This document shows positions 47,638 to 61,600 of a DNA stretch of 64,000 nt, one piece after another (the first letter of the stretch is position 1; each line of letters begins with the position of its first letter). The stretch comes from Adineta vaga (Eukaryota > Animalia > Rotifera). The DNA lies in the NCBI GenBank assembly GCA_021613535.1, contig CP075493.1, positions 10,974,001 to 11,038,000 on the forward strand, read 5' to 3'. Position numbers and translations under genes: made by a program. The notes beneath the pieces were generated by a model. The model was not told where the DNA came from and ran no database searches. It saw nothing but the letters and a program-made list of their open reading frames with translations.

Positions 47638-48523
47638 ATGACAAACGACCATTCTGAAATGAAAGTTGTTAGTACAAAAGCCTTTTACTTACCACCAAAT
47701 TGGCCTGATATAAATTTTGCATCATATCTTGTTGGTGAAGCATTATCTATTCCATGCTATTTATTTGTCTTTTATCATCTTTTGGCAAGCATAAAGTAGC
47801 ACGTACAACTCTATACAATCATTCAACATTAACTGTACTGATTTTTAGTTTCATATATCTTATGCGCAACGAGGAACTTACGTACCATTTAATCCTGCTA
47901 TATGTCTTCTTTATCAATTCGTTGACTTTGGTATATGGTTATCGTTAGAACGACATATACTAATATTTCATTAACATTTAGTTCGAACGACTCGTGGACG
48001 TTTAGTATTTCACTATATTCCACTTGTCTGTTTTGCACTCTATGCACCGATCTTTTACTTTTATCTTTTATTTATTTATCCATGTGAATGTAAATATAAT
48101 GCTAATGCATTTTTATGTGATAGTCCATGGTATAATTGTTCAGTTCCGACAGCACTGTCTCCATTGATTGTTATCCTTAGTGGTAGTTTTCTTATTCGAG
48201 TTATTGTTCGGCAACGTCGATTACAACAAGGTTATAGTTGGCGAAAAAAAAATCGAAAAATGATCTTACCATTCATTTTTATTACTGTTGCTTATATAAT
48301 CTTTGTTCTTCCATTCGTAATTCTAACAACGATGGCAACATTGGGAATCACAAAGTATGGTACTGATGTTTCAGAATTTCTTTTTTACATTTCAAATGAA
48401 CTTGTAATAGTTATACCTTATACTACGCTGATTTTATTACCTAATTTGAAACAAAAATTTCGTATGTTAATTTGCTGTAAATCGTTTCAAAAAAGTGTGC
48501 TACCATTAACTCATCATGCCTAA
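47638..48523 (+). pseudogene. Degenerate rhodopsin-like GPCR
   Basis: TM1 SIPCYLFVFYHLL ends in a stop; ARTTLYNH continues in another frame. Further shifts and missing helices precede ORF 48164-48523 (TM5-7, WRKKNRKM). Confidence 0.7.
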
Positions 48524-48578
48524 TTACATTGAAAAACTGATATACTTAAAACTTCCTATTTTAACAACATTTGTTTAT

Positions 48579-51019
48579 TTATGTATATTGATTTGTCAGC
48601 GAATCATTGTCATCTCGTTCAATGGTCGTTGTCGATGAATGAATAATGGTCTCAGGTGCTACTATATTTGATCTCTTTGCTAGTCTAGAATTTGAGCCAC
48701 TCGATTGTACTGAAAGACGTTTTTCCATTGTGTTAGACACATCGGATGTTGTCATTTCTAATTCATTGCTATGGTTCTGAAGAAGAAGAAAAGTATGAAA
48801 TGTTATATTATTTGAATGAAAGTATATCCGTAGTATACCTTTTCTTTGTATCGTTTTGGTAAACAAGAACAGTACATATCTTTTATTGATATCACCAATT
48901 TTGGATCGATTTCATGTGGTTTACGAAGTCCAGTTAAATAAGAAACAATCATACCAATCAGTATGACAGTACTAACTGCAATCGGTGTATACCATAAATA
49001 ACTTATGGAATAAAAATTAATCAGAGGATCACGTCTAAATATACTCGTTCTTTTTGTTTCTCCGAATATGATAGAAGACAATCTCACTTGACAAAATCCA
49101 CTGTTTTCATTGTTGTCAGTGTACTATTCGATGAGTTACAATTCGCAATTGATAACGGCAAGCTTACATCTGTCATTTGATTTTTTGTTATTTGAGCACC
49201 CAAAAAAATCCACAACATTAACATGAGACTTGTGAGAAATCCAACAAGGCCTCCTCGCCGATTTGCTGTTGGAAAGAAAAGACCAAGAAAAAAGACGCCC
49301 ATAATTGGACCTTCTAGTACACCGAATAAAGACAAAACTGCATTGAGAATCATTCCTAAATAACTAACTATATAAGTTAATAAAATGACAGTTGCTCCAA
49401 GTATAACAGAAACGATTTTTGATAGGAAACCTTGTCTCTGATCTGTTAATTGTCGATCAAAGAGTCCTTTATAAATATCTTCAATTAGTACAGCTGCTAG
49501 ACTATTTAAGCCAGATGAAATTGTTGAGAGAGAACCAGAAAATATACATGCAAGAAAGACACCTGGTAAGCCTTTCTTATCACCTAACAATTCCATAACG
49601 AAATATGGAAAAATTTGATCTAAATCATCAATCTTGTTCGCTGTATATGGATCACAATCAGCATAATAAGCATAGATCATGACACCAATCAAACTTGACA
49701 TAAGAATGATTAATGCACTAGTAAAAGCATTAATAAATAGAGCTTGTTTAGCACCACGCGTCGAATGAATTGAAATATATCGTTGTATAAGTGTTTGGTT
49801 AAATCCATACGTCGATAGAAAATTGAATGACCCACCAATAAGTACTGACCAAATAGTATGTCGAGTACGTGGATCAGGACTAATGCTAGAATTCGAGGAA
49901 GAGTAACAAATTTCTATACATACATATCTGACTTAGGTAGCTTACTTATCGAATATAATTCGTTCACCTCGGGATGCAATAGAGAATGTTTTTTTGATAC
50001 CACCAAGTGTAATTAAACCTTGGATAATAGCAGATAGAAGACCAACTAGAATGATAATTGTTTGCAGAACATCTGTCCAAATGACTGCTTTCATTCCACC
50101 CTAGATAAAAAAACGATCAAGTCTGATTTTATCTAATTTAGATTTATTACCAAGGAAGAATAAAAAGTACAAATAACACCGATAGAAACAACACAAAGCC
50201 AAATATTTAAACCTGTGGCTAAATTAAAATAACCATCAGACTTTTTTGGTCTTTCAAAAACTAGAAAAATCTGTTTTACTTTGACTCAATGCCAATGCAG
50301 GTGCATACAATACAATAGCCATATAGATTATCTACGAGAAAAGCTTTTGAATTCAACATTTCACATATTTTGACTTACCATTATTGATGAAAACGTTAGT
50401 GACACACAGATGCGTACGGTTCGATCGAAACGTTGCTCTAAATACTATGTCACAAATAAAACTTCTTTCAACAACAAAATTCTGAAATAAAAAATCTATA
50501 CTTCATAGGTACTGGTAAAATTCATCTCGCGAAATTTTGGCATAAAGATTAATGCAGTTACTATTGAAGCAACTGTTACTGAAATAGCTAAAAGATTAAA
50601 TATAAAATGTGTATAGCTATGACCGATAGAAACAGATATTATTTCTCACCTTGATAACAATACATTGTACCGAATAAATAGATTTCACTAGGTGTACCTA
50701 AAAGTGTAATTGCAGAAATAAATGACACTGAAATGCTTAATGCCGTTGGTAAAACCTGTACAAAATCATTTGAAAAAACTATAATTATTGTTCATTTATA
50801 TACTTCATACATACACTCATGTTGCCATCAGCTGAAAAGAAGATAGAGAGAGTAAGAGTCGAATTATCTAAATGATGAACTAATCATACCAAGAAGAAAT
50901 TCTTTTGCAGAGCTTTTTTTCGATTTGAAAAATCCAAATATAATACCAATTACAGATGACAAGAGTAAAAGTATTACAAGAATGATATAATCAACTGCAC
51001 TAAATGTATGCGATGCCAT
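48579..51019 (-). CDS. SLC5/SSS sodium:solute symporter (SLC5A6/8/12-like), multi-exon
   Basis: DYIIL, SAITLLGTPSE, GGMKAVIWTD, NQTLIQRY, GLPGVFLACIFSGSLST and SYLWY motifs. About a dozen GT-AG introns and a 17-nt micro-exon at 50815-50831. Confidence 0.93.
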
Positions 51020-51993
51020 CTTTTAATCTACGAAATATATATAGAGTGCAAACTATTGTCAAAAGAAAAGTGTTTGTTAAGAGATAAATATAAGAATTAA
51101 ATACGCGTCGATGTTGTATTCTCTTTTATTATTTCAAACAGAAAAGAAAAGAAAAACGAAATAAATCTTTTTTTTGTATGATGATAAAACGATATTTGTT
51201 TAGTGTCGTAAATTTTGCTGTTATCGTCAGAATGAATATGGTGTTCAGAAAACTAACAGCAAGTCATTTGCACTATCCGTACATACCAATTTTGTTGCCG
51301 AATAATACATTATTCAAGAAAAAAAAGCAACGATAGCGATTACTATATGGATATTTCATGTTTATGAGACATATTTATGATCTAGCAAAAATAATAAAAA
51401 TTTGCCGTCTCATACATTAGTAAAGTAAGGAACGGGATTTTGTAACCGACAATAGCAGTCCATTCTTCCGGATAGATATGTGTATACCATCACAGACTGT
51501 TTGTTCAAAAAAAAACAGAATCAGCACAACTAATAAAAATACTGTGCTTTTGAATGCTATATTATCGCAAAATAATTGCATTCTTCACCGTCTTTTTGTA
51601 TAATAATATTTATCAGATGTGTTCGTTGAATGATTTTATTGATAATATCTTTTTTGGAAATATATCTGATTTTCGATAACATTGTCGAGAATCACTAGTA
51701 AGAATACATGAGGAAAGAAAAAAAAATCTTGTGCAATTACTATTCTATGAAACAGTCAACCTTGAGGGTGATGAAAGATTTCGAAACTGTACTGAATAAA
51801 AACAAAAATGAGCATGTGTGTTTGCATTAGAATAAAATATTATAGAGAAACAGGACTTTTTAAGTTTGTATAAAAATCACCTCTTTTTGCATTTTCAGTC
51901 AATACTTAAAAAATATATCATTTCAACGCAACTTATATTTATTTCTAGATTTAACTTCGTTTTTTTCTTACACGCAATACCATAAATAAAACC

Positions 51994-52976
51994 ATGAATT
52001 TCGGTGATCTTCAATCTCGTGATGGACTTCTTTTACTTAATAAGTTCCTTGTTGATAAATCATATATGGCAGGGTATATATTTTCAAATATTTTGTTTCG
52101 CAAAAACTGAACTTATTTATGTATTGAATAGATATTATCCAACACAGAATGATCTTATTTTCTTTGAAGCAGTAAAACAAGTTCCGTCAGCAGATTTTGA
52201 GAATGCTCTTCGATGGTACAAACATATTTCTTCATTTAATGATGAGGAAAAACAAAAGTACATTTCTTTCCATCTTCCATTACTTATTTAGATTTAATCT
52301 TAAAATTATATACCTAGATTCGAAGGTGAATTTGAGTCACTTTCTATCAAAAAGCTTGCTGCAGCATCTAATAAAGATGATGATGATGATGAATTTGACG
52401 TATTCGGTGATGAAGATGAAGAAGAAAGTGAGCAAACTAAACAACGTTTAGCTGCTTATGCTGAGAGAAGAGCAAACAGTAAATATCGGAGAAAATGATA
52501 ATCTTGAATGGTTTAAATTTCATTTTTAGGACCAGTTGTTATTGCTAAAAGTTCAATTGTTCTTGATGTATGCATTTGAAAATTGATCGAGACCTCATTT
52601 GTAGAAAAGTTTTCTTTTTCTATTAGGTTAAACCATTGGATGATGAAACAAATATGGAAGAACTTGAAGAAAATGTTCGTTCAATCGAATTAGATGGACT
52701 TCTCTGGGGTGCTTGTAAGTTCAGATTTCTTATTGAAAGTTTTCTATTTTATAATATCATCTCATTTCATAAAAGCTCAACTTGTTCCAGTTGCTTATGG
52801 AATTAAAGTATTACAAATAACATGTGTCGTTGAAGATGACAAGGTATTATTTGTATCATTTTTTGTCTATAAATCGAATTTATTTTCAGGTTGGCATAGA
52901 TACACTGGAAGAAAATATTACTGCATTTACGGATTATGTTCAATCCGTTGATATTATTTCATTTCGAAATGTTTAA
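51994..52976 (+). CDS. EEF1B2: Translation elongation factor 1-beta (eEF1B-alpha), divergent
   Basis: Seven exons: [78 protein letters not shown]. Confidence 0.92.
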
Positions 52977-54179
52977 ATTTTATGATTATAAACTATCTTT
53001 TTTTTCTTCTTTTCAAAAACATTCACACAGCTCTTTACATTTCTTCTTACTTTCATTCATTCTCACCTTCGAGATGAATGTCATCCTCATCAATAATAAA
53101 GACTCTAGATCATCACTTGTTTATTGAATAAATTATAGTCAAAAGATAGAAGAATGTTTATGATCAATGATGTACTTTAATCAGCAAAAATGAATGTTTG
53201 TTTTATCAAACATTTTGCCAAGTATGGTTTTGATAAACCTAGGTGTCCATCGAGAAAACGTTTCCTTGGTGATTATATCTTTTCCATCAGTATAAATTAG
53301 TGGCCCTAAATAAATGATGGATACAATTTAATATTCAATAATGGTTCTCAAAACGTGCGATATACCTGTCATATTTCCATAAGACAAATCATAATTAAAA
53401 GAATAGTGGTTAGGATTATAATCTTGTTCTTGGTAAGATGCCATATGATGTATTTATTTCTTCACAAGTATACGTTGGGAAGTTTTGTATAAAATAGCGT
53501 AGAGAAAATGAAGAAATGATGTCGATAAAAGTAGGTAATTTGTTTCTGTGTATTGAAAGTTAGTTTCGTAATTATTATTTTCAATAGGAAAAGATACAAA
53601 AAATGAAACTTCAGTAATCATGTTGATATGCTTGATTGCATTGGTGCTTGTCTTTCGTTTCAATTATTATTCTGTATATTATGAAATAACATTCTATGTA
53701 AAAATATGTTTTGATTCGTCTTGATTATAGACGTATGAGTGAGTAATCAATATAGTCATCGACACAGAATGTGTTCATCATTCGATTACATCGGAATTTT
53801 AGTCGATAATTTGGTGAATGTTTATGTGCAGTTTGAGAAAAGGATACTTTTTACATCCTTCTATGGAACTATGATATAGGTTATATAAGCAGTATGAGTG
53901 TTGTGAAGTAAATAATTCACCTATTTGAAAGAAAATTCATTCTTTCGTTAAATATCAATATTTTTTCCAATTTATATAAAACTGAAAAAGCAATTAGAAG
54001 AACATTATCATGTTTTATTCTATTCAGTAGCGATATGAGAGGACGAGAGATCGTCATTATTTTCGTTTGGAAGAAATGCATATAGCTTCCTAGCCATTCA
54101 TTGTACAATATAGAATTTACATAATTTCGAGTAGTTGCTTGGTAACTAGATTGAACAAGAAGAGCTTTGATATGAACAG

Positions 54180-54265
54180 TCTATACTTTTGAAGAACATG
54201 TCTTTTCAATAGTTTAACTCGTAATTTATCTGCTTCACTTAAAAAAATCAACATTGCTAGTGAAA
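54180..54265 (-). pseudogene. Orphan diverged copy of the first exon of the LCCL gene
   Basis: MLIFLSEADKLRVKLLKR here versus MLAFSSEADKLRDKLLKKR at 45182-45126. The nucleotide similarity is visible. Confidence 0.6.
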
Positions 54266-54587
54266 TAGTGCTAAACAAGCTCTGTTATCAAGGTCAATAG
54301 CTATTCAAACGTTCTCTTCTCTAATACCTGATTGTTACTCGACATGAATTTTAAACAATTGACCGTGTTTTTCTAACTGAAAAGAGAACGAAATCAAGAA
54401 TCTTGTTGTTCACTACCTGTCATCTCTTCCACAAGAGTGAAACACAATATAGGTAACTACGTTTTTTTGGTGATTTATAATCATCACTTTGATCAAACTT
54501 CTATCATAAATCTTTTATGTAAACTACATGGTAACATGCATTGAAAGTATATTACGAATAAATAGATATAGTAAGTGTTTTTCATCT

Positions 54588-55334
54588 CTAAAATGACGTT
54601 GAAATTATCACGGGTTTTTGTTCTTTCACAATCGTCGTTTTTTTAATATCTACACTGCAATGATGTGTTGACTTTTTTTGACGACGAGGATGCAGAATGG
54701 TGAAAGCAAAGAAAACAGCTGTAATATATCCAATAATCGATGAAATAATTATTAGGATAAAACTGTAACCAATGGCAACGGAAGTTTGAAATACAACGCC
54801 AAAATCTTCAATTACGAGTTTAGTATAAAAGATGTAACCGATAGTTATTAAAATTGGTCCAATTACTAAAAAAAGTAATGGTATGGTACGAATAACACGT
54901 TGAAGATTCAACAAACAAATAATGACTGCCAATAACACCCCGATAAAGATTGAAACCATTCCAGTAAGAATAAGCACTTGTGATAATTTAAAATTTGGTG
55001 GTGTCTTAAGTAGATTTGGAGTTTTATCGAACAAGTGATATGTAGCTTGACCAATGCCATTACTTAATTGTTCTTTTACTATACTGACAGTTGCTGATAT
55101 TATTGTTAAAACTTGTGTTTGATTTGTTCCTGTTGCAATAATGAGCGACGAAATGAATGAAGTATTGAGTAAAATATCATTCAACTTTGTTTCGAGTGAC
55201 GACGAACTACTTGAAACAGTTATCCAATTCGTTGTAGCAACACCGATAATCAGTATGGCCAATGCAATGGCACCGACAAGTGCGACATATAAAATCAAAA
55301 GTTTTGTGATTTTGTTCGTCGTCCTTTCAACCAT
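54588..55334 (-). CDS. Four-TM claudin/PMP22-like membrane protein
   Basis: TM1 ends IGVATTNW, followed by a large loop, three more helices with GYSF before TM4, and a basic tail. Confidence 0.7.
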   Translation of the reverse strand: MVERTTNKITKLLILYVALVGAIALAILIIGVATTNWITVSSSSSSLETKLNDILLNTSFISSLIIATGTNQTQVLTIISATVSIVKEQLSNGIGQATYHLFDKTPNLLKTPPNFKLSQVLILTGMVSIFIGVLLAVIICLLNLQRVIRTIPLLFLVIGPILITIGYIFYTKLVIEDFGVVFQTSVAIGYSFILIIISSIIGYITAVFFAFTILHPRRQKKSTHHCSVDIKKTTIVKEQKPVIISTSF

Positions 55335-55608
55335 TTTATAAAAAAAGCAACGCTGCAAGAGCAAATTCTAATATCTTACGATGTTCTCTTTCTGTACTTG
55401 TATTTTAGAAGACAATAAAGATTATTCGAATAGCTTCGCTTTTTCTTTTATAGAATCCTCTATTTTATTATGACAACGATTAAAAGAGAGCAATAAAATG
55501 ATTTACATACAATATGAATAATCACAAGACAACACTTTCTTACATGAACACATGAAGCATCATAAATAGTTATTAAAATAAAAATATTTCACCAAATAGT
55601 CCCTTTTC

Positions 55609-58600
55609 TTACATTCTTTGATTGATATAAATCTGAAAGAAAAAGATTATTCATCAGCAAATCTGGAGAAAATATACAAACAAATGAAAACATATTCGAT
55701 TAAGTACTATACTAATAATTGATCAATTTTCTTAGGAAAACCAACAATCGAATCTAGATACTCTTTACGCATCAATACATTTCTTTCGTCTTCATTCTGT
55801 CTTCCTAAACCTAAATAGGATCCTTTTTCTCATCATTATTAGTATCAAAAACGTTTCTTAACGATCCATTGTAAAAATCATTTGAACATAAATGAATAAA
55901 TATGTTCTGTCTGATTATTCAAACGATTATCTCTTGCTTGTCGAAAACTTTCATTTATAATCGATACAAACATCGATAAACAAATGAAAATAATAAATAA
56001 TAAATAAAATAAAGAATTAAATGCTATAAATACTATCGAAAACATGATTGAGAATGAAAGTAATTCTTTTCCAGCAATTTGCAACGTTTGAATGAATAAA
56101 TTAATTTGAAGATTAAATCGACATAATCGAATAAGTTTTATTTTTCCAAAAAAACAATTAAAACTATAAATATTTGTTAAAATATCATTGATATAAGTGT
56201 AACCATTTGTTTTCGAAAACAATTCTCCAATACGATGACATTCACGGTAACACCATAAATGAATTACGATACCAATCCATGAACAGATAATGATTCCAAG
56301 TTGAATTAATGACCAAAATCCGAGAAAATATTTCCATTTCAATCGAATAAATAACTGCATTGCTTTGAGAAAGGAATTACTTGAAAATTGAATTGGGTGA
56401 ATATTTGAATGTGTTACAAATCCACCTGTTGATAAAAAATCAATGAGCAAAGTCACTGAAGTAAACAATTGAACATTTGAATTGTATAAATTTAATTGAA
56501 TTATAATTGCTCTTGTAGGATCATCAATCCACTTGATTTTATGTAGTTTTGATAAATTAGTTTGAATTTTCGGTGGAGATATATGTAAGAAATTATTCTA
56601 TGAAGGATGGCAACTTTATTAATGAATATAATATGATATATAGAAAACAAACTTGATTGTTATGAAGGTATTCTTCATTTTCATTCAAATATTCACTTGC
56701 TTCACTGTCATCAATGGATTTTTGACAAAAAAATGCAAAAAATATCGTCAAAGTTATGATCTTTAACAAAAAAATTATATCCAATCAAGTGAAATTTAAT
56801 CTAAAACAATATTACCTTTAGTGGGTGAGTCAAAAGAATTGATATTCCAATCATTAATATAAAGAGACCATAAGCAATAAATATAAACCACCATGACAAT
56901 TTCCATGAACTTTTCGTTCTTTTTTCTTTCTGTAATAATGGTTTCATTTTATACAATGTTCGATGTAATAATAACGGTCGTTTATTACGTGGTTGAAGTC
57001 GTCGAAAGATTTGAATCAGTAAAAGACTTGAAAATAAGGAAATCACCTCAATGATTATACCAATCTAATCTATAACGATATTTCAAATAAATTAAACGAA
57101 AAAAAACAAACAAACGTGATATGATCAATTTACTTGGTTTAAAGAGATTTGTATTGAATCAAATAGTATTATGGAATTTTTGTTCGCATTTGTTACTTTT
57201 TGTAAATCATAATACATGATGTTGAGAAACATCGAAACGAAGAATAGAACAAAACAACAAGTACACCGTTGTGCATGTGTAAATTGATTCGATGGACTAT
57301 GATACGCTTTTTTTGATAAAATATAGGAAAATTCATTTGTTTCATTCGAACTAGCAACTGTTAAAATACGTTCAATCTATTTTCAAAATGAAATAAAAGA
57401 TTATTTGATGAAACTACAATATTTTACTTTTCCGTCATCTTTTTCGACAGCTAACCAGTGTTGACAGATAAAATGAGATTTCTTCATTGTCTGCAAATCA
57501 CGAACGATCAAATATTTCAGAAACCAATATGATGATGAACCTTTTCCACTATTATCATGCCAAATATGAATACAATTTAACAATCCTAACGATTGTGAAA
57601 CAGACTTTATAAATGAATCAATTCCACCGCATTGAAGAATACGAGCAGATGTTTGATCATCAATACTATGTAATATAAAACATACATTTGACTTTGTCCC
57701 TGAATCTTTTCGGTGACCAGTAAAGACAAGAATGTGATAAAAATATTCCTCGGATGGATGATTATCAGGTAAAGGTGCGACTTCTAATTTTTCCAGATCT
57801 TTCCTATCCTTATAACGTGCATAAATAATCAAAATTATATAAATTGAAAATACACAAATGATTATTAAATAAATGGTTCTATTACGAATGAAATCAGCAT
57901 TAGCAAAAACATATTTCCAATTGATAGCATCTGGTAAAACTGCGAAACCACTTGCAAATGTTGTTAAATGCTTTGAAAAACATTGTGTTTGATAGTAATT
58001 TGTTGAAGAACCAACAATTAATCCATCTGATTTCCATTCATCATTTTCATCAAGATAATAACAGCCAGACGTAAACACTCGTAATTCATAATTTGATGTG
58101 AAATTATATTTTTCATTAGTTATTGGTGGTTGATTTAATGAATAATTTGAACAGTAAACATTCGAATCTAATTCTCGTAAACCCATTACTAAGGAACGAT
58201 GACCCAACGTCGCTTGATTGTCAAGAAAAAATATATAAATACTTTCATTTGTTAAATCAAAAGGACATAAAAGTCTCCATCCATCGATTTGATTAATGGA
58301 ACTATTCAGTTGAGGTATGCCATCGTATTTATAAATTAATAAATAGGATATATTCGATTTTAATGGATGAATTTCAACATGAACCGATATAGGAAGAGAA
58401 GTTGTAATATTAATATAATGTAAATAAAATAATTGTTGGTGATTCGTAGAATTCATTGATATAACATCGTGTAAACTCATTGATGGTATCGTAAGATTTG
58501 GATCTCGAGGAATGATGATTTCAATGAAATTATTACTTATAATTTCGATTGGAACTTCGCGTTCATTTTCATCAAGAATTGTCACTGAAATCGATGTCGA

Positions 58601-61600
58601 AAGATTCGTATGTGATTGTGATTTTCCATATGATGCAAGTGGTTTCATAATTGTCTGTAAAGATAAAACTAATGAAGATAATATGCGGTTAATAACAGAA
58701 AATGATTTTACTCGAATAGAGACAGTCTGATTTATATTTAAATTTGTTTGAATTGTTGATGGAGAATTGATTTGTGCATTGCCAACTTGTTTGATTTGTT
58801 TATTACTTAATGATTTGATCGTGTTTTTTTCTAACGACATAAATACTTCCAACATATTCATCGTATAATTTTGTTCAATATTCAAGTATATATTCATCGA
58901 TGAAGTTAATAATGAAATGATTTCATTTACTTTTGTAAGAATTTCATCGGCTAACTGTTTTTGATAATAGAAATTTTGATCCAATTTGTTTCCATCAGTT
59001 AACACATCTATAAGGTACAATCGAGTCGACATCTTCATCACTAAACAACATTGATCATATAACTTACTTATCCTTGACCAATCCGATTCTAAATCAGTAT
59101 CATAATCATCCGGTAATGTTGATGCTTGTGATAGATCATTATCTAATGCAATTGTTCGTTCTTATAATGGACCATTGACAGACTAAAATCGTTTCTCGTT
59201 CTCATAACAATTCTGAATTGCATAATCATCACTTACACTTAAAAGATTTGTTGCACATTGAAGTAGTTGACTTCCAGCTCTTTGAGTATCTTCATATGAG
59301 ATTTGCGTTGACATTGAAGACAAAGCTCTGGTTAACTTATAACATCGACCTAATGCAATTCTCTATAAAATAAAAGTTTTCATTAACAAAAAAGTGCATA
59401 TCGCATTTTCTTTCTAACCAAAGTATTTCTCGACAATTGACTTGTTGCTTTTGTTAATTGCACTAATGTTGACGATTGTAAAAGAATACTATTCGATGTT
59501 GTAATTGGTAAATTAGTTGTAAATTTCATTAAATATTCTCGAACATTTGCTTGAGCATTTAATTCTTTATTATAGTTATTCAAAACTGAGATATTCAATG
59601 GCATAAATACCTATAGGAAAGATAAAAATCAAGATCAAGATCATCATCATCTATAAAATCGGAATTGATTCAATACTCCTGAAGAACGGGAACTTCCTAA
59701 TGATGAAATTGAAATGCTTGTTAATGGAATACCGTCTATAGATAGAACAATGAGAGATTGTTTTAGTTATTACAAAAGAAAAATTTACTTGCAACTGCTT
59801 TATCAACATTTTCTTCATTAATTTTATTAAATTCTTTCGAAATTGAACTAATTACTTGTCCAACAACATTTTGATTTGCACTTGTCAGTAAGTGTACAAT
59901 GGTATTATTTGTTGATGAATTTCCAATAGAAGTGATGAAATCATTGATTTCTTCAATATTTGGTCGAACATGAATCAGTAATGAGAAATTATATTCACTG
60001 ATAGAATTTAATTGATCACGAATATAGATAATCAAATGAATTTCGAATGTTGGATCATCTCCCGATGGAAATTGCATATCAAATGTAGACATTGATGGAT
60101 AACCAGTTATTGTTTGTTTTGCTCGATCGGTGGTCCAACCTGTAACGGAGAGAACCATATAAAGTAATTGTTTTTTCTTACGAGAATGAACTTTACTATA
60201 AACTGAATAATCTTTAATTCCAGCATCATCATACCAATCAGAACATTTGATATTGAATAAAGTACTTGTTGTACCATTCAAAGGATTAATTGAACATGAA
60301 CCATTTATTGGTGGTTGATTGATCTTAAAATCTAATGAACCTATACTTGATTTTGTTGGAAATTGATAAGTAACTTGAAATCGCCAAAGTTTCCATTGAG
60401 AATTAAATAAGAATAAATCATGTTTTGCTGTAGACTTTGTTGTATCCATACCTACAAAGAAACAATCATATATCTTTCAACTACTAAAGTAAAGAAAAAC
60501 AATATACCAAAAAACCAAATATTCTCATATAGATCTGTTTGATTAAATAAAATCCATTGTGTTATATTCGATGTAGAATTTGTTATTCCGTAATAAATTT
60601 TCCATGAAATATCTTCAATGATTGAACAATTGCCTACACAAATAGAAAATAAAGCTACTTGTGTAGTTGGATTAATAAATTGAAATTCTAAATTTGGAGC
60701 GTACATGGTTGAAATAGAACAACCAAAACAAAAGTATTCATTAGTACTGATAATCGCATTATAGAAATCAATAAACTATCTTCTTTACCCAATTACAATC
60801 ATTTGTGGACGAGTTTCTTCAATATTAACAAGAACATAACCAGTGGCTTGTCTTGAAGAATTTTGTTTATTTTCCATATAGACCATAAATTGATATGTTC
60901 GATTAGATTGAAGTGAGCCAGAAACGATGACGATTGACGAATTGATATCATTCGTAAATTTCCATCCAGTTCGATTTGTTAAACATGATCGATTTAATGG
61001 ATCAATGCGTGCATCATCAATTGATAATAATGAGCCTTGGAAATTTTGAAACATCGATAAACCATAGATTCGACAATAATATGTATATTTCCAATTCTAG
61101 TTCAAGTTATAAAAGAGTACTTAAAAAAAATTGAAGAATATCATTTACTTTCTTACTTTAGAATTAAAGATAGAACTATCTGGATCGACAGAATACGTTC
61201 CTGGATCAAGTAAAAGATCTTGTTTCGATCCACTTGTAACCATTGATGTACCAAATTGAACAAGATTTGCTGTTATATCCGTTGTTGTTATTAGAATATA
61301 AACAGATGATGATGAAGAATATAATATTGAACCATTCATTGTCACTGTCAAATTTAATTCATATGTGCCATAGGAAAGTGTTTTTGATGGAATGTACAAT
61401 TCACTCAATCGGGTATCAATCATTGAATCTAATTGAATAGTTTTTGAACATGTTAGTGTTGTACAATTCTTGATCAACCATTGTGTTGTCATTGAAAGTG
61501 ATGGATTACAATTAAATTCAATCAATGAAGCAATCGTAAAATCTTGACTTCGACGATATTGTATTGGGGATGAAAGTGTTGATATACCCGGAATGAGTGT

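Noticed and set aside
53190-53450. Possible C-type lectin remnant on the minus strand (YTDG..FSRWTP)
   Set aside because: Too few motif residues and no Cys pattern.
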